64,000 bases of DNA from Curvularia clavata (lineage: Eukaryota). Numbering within the stretch: position 1 is the first letter of the stretch; each line of letters starts with the position of its first letter. Below are positions 25,025 through 38,313 of this stretch, in pieces. The position numbers were made by a program, and so were the translations under genes. A model generated the notes under the pieces. That model had not been told where the DNA came from. It did not search any database and was given only the letters and a program-made list of their open reading frames with translations. The DNA lies in NCBI GenBank assembly GCA_023920165.1, contig CP089274.1, forward strand, positions 5,642,001 through 5,706,000. Direction: 5' to 3'.

Positions 25025-26859
25025 TCATTTGTTGACGCGCGACATTGTTTCTTTGTAGGTTTCCCCAATCCAGAACCAACAGCCTATGATCAAGATTGGC
25101 AGAGAGCCAAGTACAACACAAGTGTAGTTCATGTTCCCGACCTTAACAGGCATGGAATAAGGGAAGCTAAAGAAGATGATAGCAAAAGCAAGCCAACCAA
25201 TGGCTACAACATTGACTGGGAAGCCCCACTTCCCCATGTGGAAAGCGCCCCGATACATGTTGCGTCTACCTGTTAGCAGGTTGGTAAATATCGGGATAAA
25301 ATAGGCCACGTTGTTAACAGTAACTGTAGACCCCAACATCGCGGCGAATGCTGTTGTACTGCCGAGATAAAGACATCCTAGTGCTGCATTCGCAGCAGCC
25401 ACTAGGAGTTGCGCATTGAAGGGTATGCCAAAGCGCGCGCTGACACGTGACCATGTTGCTGACCAAGGCATAGCCCTATCTCGAGCGAAGGCCCATAGGA
25501 CTCGGGAAGTAGAAAGCTGACAGGATATAACACAAGGAGCCATCGCGATAAAGAGTATCATAGTTAGCCCAAAAGCGCCACCTGCTGACTGTGTGACCTG
25601 ACGGAAAAGCTCTACCAGAGGAAGACCAGTGTTGGTAGTAGCAAGTGTGTTATAGTCTTGCACACTGAACATCAAGGCGATCAGGTAAGTGACACCTGTG
25701 AGGAACGCGATACCAAGTGCAATAGCAATAGCCATGGGAGCATTACGTGAGGGCTATTCATATGGTCAGCTTGAGTCACTCAGGATAACCTAATACTCCA
25801 TGTGATGACTTACATTCGGCATTTCTTCAGTGATGTGTGTTACTAAATTTTGTCAGTCCAAACTTGGAAAAACTGGCACTCTGACTACTTACTACCATCG
25901 AGTCCACCAAGACTGTACAATGGGTTGACCAGGCCCACAATAAAAGTGATGGCATTGTTGTTCCAGCCAGTATTATTGATCCAGGTGCGAAAGACAAATT
26001 TGGTGCTCTGGTACGATGGCGCACAAGCCAAGACAGTGGTCAGAACAGCCAGCCAGCCGATTTGCAGGTAGAATAGGGAGAATTTATTCAAGATTGGAAT
26101 AATTCTGTTGCCGAAAAGGACAATGGAAGCTGTGATGACATTGACACCTTGGTAGGCAACAAATGTATGCCATGTCTTTACTACCATATCTGGGTGGTAG
26201 ATTGCAGCAAGTGCACTCAGGGTCTGAGCAAGGATTAAGTTCTGTGATGCTGTTGCAAAGATCCCTAATAGGTATTAATGTCAATCAATGTAGCTGAGAT
26301 AACACAAATTGCCACTCACATCCACAGACCGTGAACCAGCCAGTGAGAAAGCTGAGAAAGATAGCCTGCTTTTTGGGTGCGACGGCAGCAATCCAGTGGT
26401 ACACTAAAGATCGTGTCGTAAGTCATCATGACGCTTTTTTGGGGGAATGATCTGAGTCTAGACCGAGATCCTTAACTTACCTCCACCCTCAGTAGGATAG
26501 CTCGACACAAACTCTGCAAGAGAGGCGGCCAGAAAACATTGCAAGATGGTTACGAGTATGAACCCGTATATGATTGCGCCTGGTCCACCACTATTGATAA
26601 CTGTGACGATACCCAGACCAAGCCCTGTCCAGGATATGGTAGTTGTTGAGGCGAGACCTATCAGAGACAATTTCGAGAAATGCCGTTCGAGTTCCTGAAC
26701 ATGCCCTATGAAGCATTAACGAATAGTTCCAAGATTCAGAAAATGGTGATTTGTACCCATCTCAGCCAACCGCTTCTCATCTGCATTCATGTTTTTCTCA
26801 TCGCCCTGGTATGCGGTAGCTGTGGCAACTACCATGTCTACTTTCTCGGAACTTGACAT
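25025..26859 (-). CDS. APC-family amino acid/choline/GABA permease (Hnm1-like); ~6 introns
   Basis: LAEMGHVQELERHFS, GGPGAIIYG, SLAEFVSSYPTEGG, NNTGW, HITEEMPNPSRNAP, SRVLWAFARDR, MNYTCVV. Confidence 0.9.
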
Positions 26860-28775
26860 CTTGCTGAATCCCTCGCTGGGGGTAAAAAACTATAGAAACT
26901 TTTGAAAGGGGTTCTCATTCTGAGCTGGTTCCCATAGTTAAGAGGTTTAAATGTTTTTGTTGGGTCGGCATACCATACCTTATCGCGCTCTGTGTAAACG
27001 GGCCGTTAAGGCCCTAGTCGCTGCATACTATACTATTCATAAGATGCCCAGGGGTTAAGATAAGAGATGTGCTATCCTCTCCATGTTTTGAAAGGATTCA
27101 ATAATGAATAATGTGGGGCTATTTTGTCTCAAAGTCCCGCCGTACGCTTCAACCGCCCTAATTGGCTGTGGTTACTAGGATACCAGACAGTGCGCGCGTT
27201 TAGCCAACCGTATGCCTGAGTTTATCAAGTTATGCAATCATGTACCTTGCCCTAGAGCAACTACAATATTAACTATCTGGTATGAAAAGAAACTAGGGTG
27301 TTGTTCAGTCCTGTCAATCAACACTCCCTATAGCGTGATATGCTTAGCAGAAAAACATTCTTAATCTATTTGGGTTAGTCACCTACCCCACGTTTTTTGT
27401 TACTGAACCTGGTCAAAAACAGGAGTTAGCATGCTCTTATCTATGACCCTGTAGATCATACAAGCCGCAACCGAGAGATCCGGCAGTCCCGATACTTCCA
27501 AGACCGAGTTTCGAATTCGCACCCCTCTTGGCTCCGAGTGTCCAGCCCATTCGGGATGTAAGCCCAGATAAGCGTGGTCTAGATTTAGTCACTCTTCTAA
27601 GCTGCGTGGGGCTAGAGTTTTAAACGATCTTGCATTCTCTAAAAAGCGTACGTAGACTATGTCTATACTGAAATTGTGGGTCCATCAGCGAGAGCTCCTG
27701 GAGTTCCGGGGGCTCGGGGCTCAGAAGCGTTGTTTCCATCGCATGGATTTGGAAGGGACTACAAACAATATATAAATCATTTACGTGAATACTACAATTA
27801 TGTCGATTTAACTTCGAAATAGATTTATGTATGTACCCAAGGTTTAAAGGTATCAAAGAATTAGTAAGGTAGACTTAAACTGCAGTGACAGGTACAAGGG
27901 AAAGAATGCTTACACATACCCGCCACGCAATGATCTAAGATTTTTCGGAAACCAAGCTATTTGATTGATCAGCGGTAGTGATGAAGCCATGCAAGTCTAC
28001 GGCGACATTTCCGCACTGGAAACAGTCAAAAGTTACCCGGAGTAGATTGCAACGCCGGTGCTTACTGCTCAGAATGAAGGCGCATCATTGACACAACTAC
28101 CAGCCATCAGGACATGCCCCAGCTCACCTTATTGGCCTGAATTCAGCGCATTCCTGAGGCAGGGTCAACTCTGCCACAAGAAGGAATCGACTCCACTCTT
28201 AGATTGTATCAGCTGACACACCTTAGCAATCACTACGTAGCGGGCTTTGATTCGATCCGCATCATGGGTATAAAGCAGCCTCACACCCACCATTCAACAT
28301 CCACACTGGAGTTGCATGCACTGCGTGATATAGTCATAGGATCTTCTACCATCACCGCACGTATCAGCAAACCCGCATATTCATTATCAATGCTGCTGTA
28401 GCTTACAAGTATCAAGATAAAATCGGGCTGAACTCTTGCAATATACGTTCATTGGCCATTTTAATTCGACGGTATCTACAGCTTCTAGGCGCTGTGCCGG
28501 ATCTGCACCCATTGCTCATTTTCAAGATGTGTAAAAGTCAGATGCAAGATATTTTAGCTCTATATATGTTACTGGCTTCTTATGCATAAAATAGAATTAT
28601 CATCTAGAAGGGATTGAAATCCTCGACCATGATCAGCCTAAAGGCTCAATTGAACTGGTTTTGACAAGAATGTATGCACAAGAAGATCTTACGGACATTT
28701 GATCAAGAAATAAAAAATAAAGTTACAGTTATAGAGGTATCATTGGTGAAAAGGTAAAGAAAAACGCCGTCTTGC

Positions 28776-29836
28776 TCAGTATGCCTTTACACCAGCCAGT
28801 TTCAAAATCTGATCCGTGATGACGGGCTTCTCAATTGGCTCACTCCTGTTCTTTGGACACAACTTGCCATCGCGAAGTGGTGGGCCAGACTTGTGAATGT
28901 TGCAATGGGGCCAATGCGTTGTGCCCTGGAAATTCTCGAATAGTTCGGCCTTCAACTTGATATCCTCTTCCTTTGCGAATTTCCGTGGTGTCATGCAGAC
29001 ATATTGCACGTGTCGGATTAAATCGCCTTGGGGATGAGCAGCGTAGTGCATTGTTCTGCTGTCCCAGAGTACCTGAGTCTTGTATTAGTAAAAGTATGAG
29101 ACGAGATGTACGAAGTACTCACCAAGTCACCAGGGTCTAGGTTCATCTTCTCCAATGTACATCCCTTGTCTTGAAACCATTTAACATCCTCTTCCTTGAA
29201 GATGAACAAGTCCCTGAACTCCTCTTCTGGCGGGGGCTTGTCCTCATGGTTATCCTGCTCTCGTTTCTCCGCAAAGAACTCGTCGAAAAGTTTTGCACTC
29301 CCTTTCATCAGGATCAGCCCACCGTCCTTCGGGCCGTTGGGTTGGAAATTTAATAGGCCTTGCACACACTGCATCCCCTTGCGGTTTTCGTTTTGATCGC
29401 AGTGTGGCCACGGACTCCAAGTCAAATCCTTCTGTCGTGGCAAAGTGATGTTCATTCCATCAAACGAGACCAGGAGCTCGTCCGTTCCCCATAGCTTGGT
29501 GAAGGCATCTACGACTTTGGGTTCTGTCCGAGCCTCCCAGACGAAATTTTCGTGAGTGCTTCCATAGGCAAAGTACATGCCGCCTTTGAAGCTGACAGGT
29601 AGATGGTCGGCGGTCCAAGTGGATTCGTCGTTGGGGTCGAAGCCTAGATCGAATGATTGAAGCCATTCGATTTGCTTCTTTTTGTAATATTCAGCGCGTT
29701 CCGGCGTGACAACATTTTTCACTACCGCGCAACCATAGCGGTGGAAATCATCGCGCCAATCTCCGTAAACCTTTCCATTGTGCTGGATGAGGTCAACACC
29801 CGAATCGGCCTTTGGCTCTTCTGCATGGGGTGCCAT
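28776..29836 (-). CDS. PhyH-like Fe(II)/2-oxoglutarate dioxygenase (copy 1); 1 intron (29073-29122)
   Basis: YGDWRDD, LLVSFDG, WPHCDQ (HxD), VQGLLN, DGGLI, spliced PGDLV|LWDSRTMH (distal His), TTHWP. Confidence 0.88.
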
Positions 29837-30012
29837 GATGCGTTGATTAATGCGTAGAATTTCAAAGCACTGATTGTTCAACTCGTTCTATGAAAAGAAA
29901 TTCAGTTTGAATACATCTAGAACCGCCTCTAAAAGTCTTAAATGCGTCTTGCAAAACATCACGTTGCTATTCTCTAGGTGTGTGGGGTTCGGCAACGTCT
30001 ACCCCGCGGAAC

Positions 30013-30137
30013 GCCCACATTTCCGAGTCGGCAGATGTGGGCAACGTGCAATCAAACGCCCGAAAACTGAGACGGAACAGCCAACCTCGGGCGAGTGACC
30101 AGGTGCGGCGGGCGCTAACTTGGTTCGGGAATGTGGC
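30013..30137. promoter_or_regulatory. Cluster of CCAC-N4/5-CCGA motifs in the divergent PhyH1/CocE promoter
   Basis: GCCCACATTTCCGA (30013), TCGGCAGATGTGGGC (30028, reverse) and TCGGGAATGTGGC (30125, reverse). Confidence 0.5.
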
Positions 30138-30294
30138 GGAGATATGAGTATTCACTCAAAATGTATGAGTAGGCGTCAAACCCTTAAAGCATTCACTTCG
30201 CAACAATCTCAAGTCCCTTCTAATACCTTTACATTTACTTCAGAGCTTGGATATATTTCTCTCAATTATCTTCTCATACTCCGGGAGTAATACC

Positions 30295-32145
30295 ATGCCT
30301 GCCCAATTGCCCCAAGTTGCGTACAAACGCATATCCCAGCCTGAAGTTGGTGTCAACAACTACCAAGGATTTACACCTGGCAAGGTCGAAGTCGTGAAAA
30401 AGGGCACCCGCCCCTATGGAGGTCGAGCTTTGGAAAGCGACATACGGATAGACCACGATGTCGAGATCAAGGTCCGGGACGGTGTTAGGCTCTATGCCGA
30501 TATATATCGTCCTGCAGATGCAAAAGACGACGAAAAGCTACCAGCAGTTGTTAGTTGGTCGTGTTACGGGAAGAAATACTCGGCACTGCACATGCTTCCC
30601 ATGTGCGTCTGGCAATGTTGCGTTCCCAAGGAAGCCTTGAGCGGCTTGGAAAAATTCGAAGGTCTTGATCCCGTCACATGGTGTCCACGTGGATATGCCA
30701 TCGTCTCTGTCGACTCCCGAGGTACAGGTGACTCTGATGGATCCATTCCGCTCATGGGCTCTCAAGATGCTGAAGATTGCTACGACGTAATTGAGGCGCT
30801 TGCAGCGATGCCATGGAGCAATGGCAAGGTCGGAATGGCTGGTAATTCCGCCCTAGCGATCATCCAATGGCACGTCGCGTCGCTCCGCCCACCTCACCTG
30901 GCTGCAATTGCACCCTGGGAAGGATCCGGCGACATTTATCGCGAGCAATTTTGCCGGGGTGGAATCTTTTCAATGTCCAACTTCGATCTCATCACCAAGT
31001 TCATCATCAAGACCAACAACCCAAATGGTGGCATTGAAGATATGGCCGAGATGTATCGAAGATCACCAGTTTCAAACGCCTATTGGGCGGACAAGCGACC
31101 AGACATGACGCAGATCGAATGCCCAGTTTACATCAGCGGTAGCGATTTCAGCAGTATCCATACTATGGGCTCCGTCCGAGCCTGGCTCGAAATTCCTCAC
31201 AACAAGAAATGGATTCGATGGAGTTCATACCAAGAGTGGTATGAGCTGTATTGCGTCAAGCATTCTCACGAGGAATTGCAAAAATACTTTGACTTTTATC
31301 TCAAAGGAGTTCAGAATGATTGGGAGTCATCAACACCTAAGGTTCGATGGTCAGCATTGCAGTTCGGGGATCAAGATGCAATCGACAACATTGAATACGC
31401 CGACTTTCCCATCCCTGATACTCAATATCGCCACTTCCACCTCTCACAATCAGGTCTCAGCGAGAAACTAGCGGCGTCGGCAGAAGTTGTATCGTACAAT
31501 TCCGAGGACCCAAAGTCGATTGCGGAGTTTACTTACAAATTCCCCCAAAAGTCACGTCTCATTGGGCTTCCAAAAGCGGTTCTTTACATGTCATGCCCAT
31601 CTCACGATGACATGAATGTCTTCGTAATATTGCGCAAGCGCGACAAGAATGGCCAACTCATGATGCATCTCTGCTTCCCCTTCTCCGCAGTACCAAAAGA
31701 GATTAAGAGCATCTCAGATATTCCTGAAAAGGATAGACAAAGTACGAACCTGCACATGGGAAGTGTAGGCACACTTCGAGCAAGCCATCGACGATTCATT
31801 CCTGAGAAGTCTATTCATGAACAATTCCCGTTCCATCCTCACGACATCGAAGAGAAGATCACTCCAGGTGACATTGTGAAACTTGAGATTGGAATTTGGT
31901 CTATGGGAGTTGATTTTGAAGAAGGACAATCGATTAGCGTTCAGGTATGTCCTTATACTAGGTCCCCTCATCACTGCGATTTTGGCTGACAGTCATTCCA
32001 GGTCTCGGGCTCTTTCCCGGCCATAGCAGAATACACTGCATTTTCAACTGACCGACCCGAACATGAGAGGAATAAGGGGGAGCATAGGATTCACATTGGT
32101 CCCGATACCCCCAGTCGCATCATTCTGCCATTTGTCTCCATATAG
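30295..32145 (+). CDS. CocE/NonD-family (peptidase S15-like) alpha/beta serine hydrolase; 1 intron (~31946-32001)
   Basis: VRDGVRLYADIYRP, DPVTWCPRGYAIVSVDSRG, WSNGKVGMAGNSALA (nucleophile Ser), HLAAIAPWEG, C-terminal jelly-roll GTLRASHR; last exon ends ...SRIILPFVSI*. Confidence 0.9.
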
Positions 32146-32828
32146 CTAGCTACATAATGAAGAGAATGAATTGTTCAATGCTACGATCTATATCAGTTGT
32201 ATACTCTAGATTTTATAGTGACACTTGGTTTGGTAACGACTCTAAGATGAATCTACCAAATTCATAACACTATAGGATGTGTCCAATCAGCATCGAGTAT
32301 GCCTTCGAGAAAACGTAGCGCAGACCAAGGAACCATGCTTGCTAGCAACTCTAGCACTACATCACTTCCTTTCCCAGTCTACACGAGATCATGGGGCATC
32401 GCCATTCATCCTCACCAGAACCTTATGGCCATGGGTGCATAGACGAGTCTGGCTAAACGCCATCGCCCACTCTCCGAGCGCTAGTTCGGTTACGGTACCC
32501 TTCCCCGGATCTGGTTGCCACGTGGGTCCTACCCCGCAAACTTACCCCGGAAAGACAAGGCCCAATCCCAAGACACACGTTAACAACCAAGGAATGCGGG
32601 ATGTGGAGTTTGATAAGGTCTGAAGCACGAACCTTCCGAGATCTCTCGGCAGGGGTGGGAACAGGGTAGGGAGTGTTTAATAAGAAACGAATTTCCGAAA
32701 AGATTGATGCTCCAGACCGGCGGTGACACTGTCAAGCTCTCCTGGAATTGGGCGAGCGGGTCATTTCCTCCATCATAGGCTTTTTTTCATTGTTCCCCAG
32801 GTCTTCTCAACAGCAGTGTCTCTAAGCG

Positions 32829-34761
32829 ATGGCGGAAATCACCAAGGACGCGAAACCCTTCGATGTGCAGGTAGAGAGGTTCGAGTACCTCTCGACTGAC
32901 GAGGAGAGCAAAGATGGGCTTCAAAAGCTCCAAACGATGGGCACGGTGACTATCACCGATGACAAGGACATCTATCTCGTACCAGCACCCAGTGCCGATC
33001 CAAGAGGTAATTCAGCAAACAGTCCCTCTCCACGAATGGCAGATTCCTGACTCTTCTTTCAGATCCCCTCAACTTGCCTAAATGGAGGAAGATTGTCTTC
33101 ATTGCTCTTGTTTCAATCTGTAAGACCGTCTCAATCTGTGCAGATTCCAAATATTGACCGCGACTGCAGTCTCCGCCCTTGGCCTTTCGATGGTGTCTGG
33201 CTTCGGTGGTCTCCTGGGATTTTACATCCCAGAATATGCTGCGCATGGAGCTGATTACGCTGATATTACTGCACTTATGACGTATCCATCTATGTTCATG
33301 GGTGTGGGCTGCCTTTTGACCACACCGCTGGCTTTGTCGATTGGCAGACGGCCTGTGTTTCTTGGATCATTAATGGTTCTTATACTTGGGGGTCTCTTGG
33401 CTGCACAAGCAAAGGACTACAATTTTCATCTCGGTGCAAGAATGGTGTTGGGCCTCGCCACTGGTCAAAGTGAGGCCTTGGTACCGCTAATGATCCAGGT
33501 AAGACAGGCAGAATATTACTCAAAAGCTGTCAGTTAATGCCAATACTCAGGAAATACACTTTATGCATGAGCGTAGTACATTTCTGATGTGGCAATCTGC
33601 GATACAGACGGTACTTTCAGCTGCGCTCACTATTGCTGCGTCACCCTTGGCGGGAGCCATTGGCCCTGCGAATTGGTACCGATTGGGTGCAGGTCTTTCA
33701 GCTGCAACTCTGATCTTTTCGATATTCCTCGTCCCAGAGAGTCGTTACCCTCGGTCTCTCTCTTCGTATGGCCAGGCGACGGATATTGATGATGTGGAAC
33801 CAGAACAAACAGTAGCAACACCAGTGAAGTTATCAGAGCGACCAGCGCTAGATTTCACGAAGTATCAACCACGAACACTCAAGTCAGACATGCGCTTGTT
33901 TGTTGGAGACTTTGACTGGGCAGAAGGCTGGTACAGCTTCGTCGTAAGTACAGCTGGTTACTCGTGCTCTGGTATTTGTCAAGGGAAACTAATCGCTAAA
34001 TAACAGCACACTTTCCAAATTCTTCTTTTCCCTAACGTATTATGGGCATTCTGTCTCAACGGTTTGACCATGTAAGTACTGTGTCGATGCTTTCAAAACA
34101 GTTTTCATGTAACTTATGTCCCTGCAGTGGTATAAACATCGCCATCGGAACAACATACGGCAATATCGTTACCCACCCGCCTTACAATTGGGGAAATGAT
34201 GCTGCATCATATGTGAATGCTGGACAAGTGGTAGTCGCATTCATCGCTCTACCTCTTCTTGGAAACGGCTCTGACAAGCTCATTAAATGGCGAGCCAAGC
34301 GTCACGGTGGCCTGCATGAGCCTGAGAACCGACTTCTTATACTCTGGATTCCACTGATAGTAGGTATCATCGCCGCCACCTTATATGGACAGGCTGGTCA
34401 GCACCCCGAGAAGTACCATTGGTTTGTCATCGTCTTCGCGAATGCGGGCTACTACTTTTGCTTCGTCGGAGCCAACATCTGCGCGATCACATACCTCCTC
34501 GATTCGTATCCTGCACGGGCTGGACCCGTGCTTGTCGTCATTACAGCTTTCCGTGGATTTGTTTCCTTTGGCACCAGCTATGGCGTAGCTAAATTCATTG
34601 ACAATGCTGGATACGATGGATCTTTTGGCACCTACGCAGGACTTACAGCACTGTTTGGTTTCCTTGGTATCCCTATTTTTATTTTCGGCAAACGTATCAG
34701 GGGCTTTACAGGTCGATGGGCAACAGCAAAGCGACCAGGATTTCCTTCCATGTCTCGTTGA
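32829..34761 (+). CDS. MFS transporter (12-TM, DHA1-like); ~5 introns
   Basis: LVPAPSADPR|DPLNLPKWRK, ALSIGRRPVFL, ARMVLGLATG, FMHERST, VPESRY, PENRL, TYLLDSYP. Confidence 0.88.
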
Positions 34762-35509
34762 GCCAAGGTCTACTCCAAGGACGAAGAGCATGATCGTGTT
34801 CCTCACGTCTCTAGGTATTTGGTATTGAGCGTTTATCAAAAAGATGAAGAAGGTGTATGACTGTTAGGCGTGTATGCTTGTAGCTTGTAGCTTGTTAGCG
34901 TGAGCTCTACGCAATACGAATGGTTGGTACTAATATTATGTACATAATGTAATGATTCCGCGAAATTAGAAACATCCCTTCTCTTACGGTACTTTTTCAC
35001 ATGCAGCAGCGAACAATGTAGTCAGGGTGGCAGGCACTCATCTAGCCTGATCTTTACACTGACACTGAAGGGGATGTGTCATGTAGCCATCGGCCTGAGA
35101 ACAGACCCAAGAGATTGCAGTGAAGTATGCACCAGGTTTTCCATTAATCTGAGTCAAGCCTTTTGAGCCTGAGACCTTACAGGTGCTGTTCTGCAATCCA
35201 GCCAATAGCCTAACACCTTCCATATCTCCCATATTGAGTCTCCAATCTGAATCATGTGGCATTCACCGACTTTCCACTATATAAAAAAGAGATGCTACAC
35301 CGTTTCTATAAAAAGCAAATAATAACTCAACAGCTACACTGCATCTACACAAAAGAAAACATGTTGAGTAGAAACTCTTCGAGAATAAAAAGAAAAGAAC
35401 AATATATATATCTATCTACAGTCGTGCGTGTGATGCAGTAGTTATAAGTCCACATCATTTTTGTTATTTACCCAACTCTAACTATTCACAATTATTACAT
35501 ACAAGAAAC

Positions 35510-35827
35510 ATGAAACTTTATATTATGAATACACTCCTTATAGCCTCTGTGGTCTACGCTTTTCCAAACCATATACATCGAACCGCTAAAAACGGCATCA
35601 AACTTGCATCTCGAGAGTGTGCTAAGGTATGGGTGAAAGAAATATATCTAAAGATTTCTAATAAATAATATAAATAGGCTAACTATCCATGCCGGGACGA
35701 TATCCCATGCTGTCAGGGAAAATGTCTACAAATATATTTTGGGGGTCCAGCTATTGTAAGTAGTTCCGATAGGAATACAAATTATAGGCAAGAAGCCTGA
35801 CCTTCACAGTGCGTCGGGTCGAGTTAG
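35510..35827 (+). CDS. Secreted cystine-knot (ICK/knottin-type) peptide precursor, copy 1, 70 aa; exons 35510-35626, 35678-35755, 35810-35827
   Basis: Manual splicing (GT..TAG; GTAAGT..CTGAC..CAG) gives MKLYIMNTLLIASVVYAFPNHIHRTAKNGIKLASR-ECAKANYPCRDDIPCCQGKCLQIYFGGPAICVGSS*. Intron positions and phases are identical in copy 2. Confidence 0.8.
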
Positions 35828-36033
35828 AGTTAAGGGCAGGCTGTAAGAGGTTGCAAATTGTGTATAGTGTTTCATGCGACATAAAACGTAGGTGTGATGC
35901 GATCTCGTTTGCAGATAGATTCCTGAATGCAGCTATGTTTGAGATTACGTGTAATACATGTGGTAGTGATTTTAGAAGGGCGAATATATGCTTGTAGCTT
36001 GTTAGTGTGAGCTCTGCGCAAAACGATTGGTTA

Positions 36034-37880
36034 ACGTAGTTCACAAGCGAGTCGGCACCCCAAGCGAGTCGGCAGCTCCCCACTGGCGCGTTGACGTCGA
36101 GACGTTATCACAGTCTTTTATCACAGTCAATAAACTATTACAATATACCAAATTAATTATCAGAATCGCCACTATCGCTTACACTATCTATATCAACTGC
36201 ACAGGTACAAGCGTTGTGTCCAGTCTGCTTGCAACGCCCGCACCGCCTCTGTCCTCGCACCCTCTTCGACGCACTCTCACCGTCACCACGACTGCTACCC
36301 ACCTATTCAGCTAATACTTCTTATACCTCGCCTACAGTAAGAGTCTCTTCTGACCGTACGTATCGCCGCTTACGGCTCTTACGCTTATTTAATTCGTCAA
36401 GAGCCTCTTAAAGAGTAGTTATTTTCTCTATCAGAAGTACCATCTTATATGCCATTTGCTGAGCCCCCTTACTCAACTACGCAATCTGCTCAGTAAGTGA
36501 GTTGGCAGAGGACCCACAGCGCCTTCTCACGCTCTATTGAATAAGACCAATTTGAGCCTCAACTTCGCGCGCGTTACGTAGTATCTGCGCCTCCCAGGCG
36601 GCTACCCATCGCGGTAATTAATATAGTATCTGCACCACCACATCAAGCTTTGATAGCACAGCCTATAGTTCATATAGGACTAGACCAGCGCCTCTAAAGC
36701 CAGCTTGGATATTCTCCTTCATAATAGACTGCTCAAAAGCAGCCTTAAAGGCTGGCAGAAAGGTCTCCTTACTAATATAGTTAGTACAGTTACGTGCCAA
36801 GCCCGAAATAGCGTCGCCATACTTGCGCTTCAACGGCGAGAAGCAGGCGACATTAAGAGGCTATAGTAGGTAAGACGAGTGTGCAGGCATGCAGAGAAAG
36901 ATAATGTTCTTCTCCTTACAAAGATCTTGAAAATCGATAGAGCAGTGGCTCTCGTGGCCGTCAATAATAAGCAGTCGATACCCACCCACAGTATGCCTCT
37001 TTGTATAGGTGTCAAAGTGCTCTAACCAGGCAAGAGCAAGTTGATTATTCGTCCAGCCATTAGGACTAACTTCAAGAACCTAGTCGGCCAGCAAATTTTC
37101 AAACCAGACGTTAATAAGCACCTTGCCCGCAAAGACAACGAAAGGTGGTATCCGGCGACCCAACGCGCCCACGCCTTAGATCGCAGTAACCCACTCACGG
37201 TTGCCTAGCTGTATCCGCTTCTTTTTGCCATATCCCTCTAAGCCTGTAATAACTAACTATAATGAAATCTTACCCATTATAAAGCCAGTCTCGTCAAAGT
37301 TATAGATATCATCATCCACGATACCCCACTTCTGCTTTATCGCCTGAACCAAGTCAAACCAGCGCTAGATAGCCACTGGGTCCTCGCAGGCAGCTCGCTG
37401 GTGATCATAAGGACGGCTCCAGCGCGTACGGAGCTCAGGAGTTCGCTTAATAAAGTTATCAACCCAGTTCTTGCCAGTAGGGTTGCTCTCCCGCTCATAC
37501 AACAGTTTATCAGCCATTGCTCGAACGTCAGCCTTTGTAGGCGCAAATTCTCGCGTAGATTCTTCAAGAATACGCTCAACTATAGCCTCCTCTTCTAGCT
37601 TATTTAGACGCTTCGAATTTAGCTCGCAGTCGCGTCGGGAGGGCTTTCCAGCGCGTCGGTCTTATACTATTATTCAAAGAACGTTATAGATCTCAGCAGC
37701 ACGCTTAACACTTTAAACACGGCAAGAATTAATTTCAAAGATAGCTAATTGAATATCGGCTTCAGAAGTAACTTGTTAGATTTGATGTGGTTAAGACATA
37801 ACGCGTTATAGTGTCGACGTTGACGCGCCGGTGGGGAGCTGCCGACTCGCTTGGGGTGCCGACTCGCTTGTGAACTACGT
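36034..37880 (-). mobile_element. Fot1/Pot2-type pogo DNA transposon, RIP-inactivated, ~67-bp TIRs, TA target duplication
   Basis: TIR acgtagttcacaagcgagtcggcaccccaagcgagtcggcagctcccca at both ends; TA at 36032-33 and 37881-82. Broken transposase with NFDETGF, LLIIDGHESH, PAHSSYLL*PL and C-terminal CGRCKQTGHNACTC knuckle. Confidence 0.95.
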
Positions 37881-38313
37881 TAGTGATAATCTTACATAAT
37901 ATAATGATTCCACGAAATTTGAACCACCGCTTTTCTTACGATGCTTTTTGGGCCTGGGATCTTACAGGTGCTGTGCTGCAATCCAGCCAATAGTCTAACA
38001 CCTGCTATATTTCCTATATTAAGTCTCCAATCTGAATCATGTGGCATTCACCGACTTTCCGCTACATAAAAAATAGACGCTACACCGTTTCTATAAAAAG
38101 TAAATGATAACTTAACAGCTATAATTACTATATCTACACAAAAGAAAATTATGTTGAGTAGAAACTCTTCCAGAATGAAAAGAAAGAATATTAAGTATAA
38201 TGGGTATACATACATATATAAGCGTACGTGTGATACAATATTGGTAAACAAATATCATTTTTGCGATAAAACTAATTCCGAATATTCATAATTATTATAA
38301 ACTAAAGATAAAT

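Noticed and set aside
25025..26859. APC permease as a member of cluster B
   Set aside because: Separated by ~1.9 kb and I saw no CCAC-N5-CCG motif upstream; membership unsupported but not excluded.
27620..28401. Short ORFs between the APC permease and PhyH copy 1
   Set aside because: No motifs or convincing splice structure; possibly decayed relic sequence.
35751..36083. Similar minus-strand ORFs 35751..36083 and 38471..38746
   Set aside because: Similarity comes from the tandem duplication; they are antisense to the knottin 3' ends, frameshifted relative to each other, and one runs into the transposon TIR.
36034..36100. caagcgagtcggca direct repeats as a CRISPR-like array
   Set aside because: Only two copies per end; these are internal transposase-binding repeats of the TIR in a eukaryotic genome.
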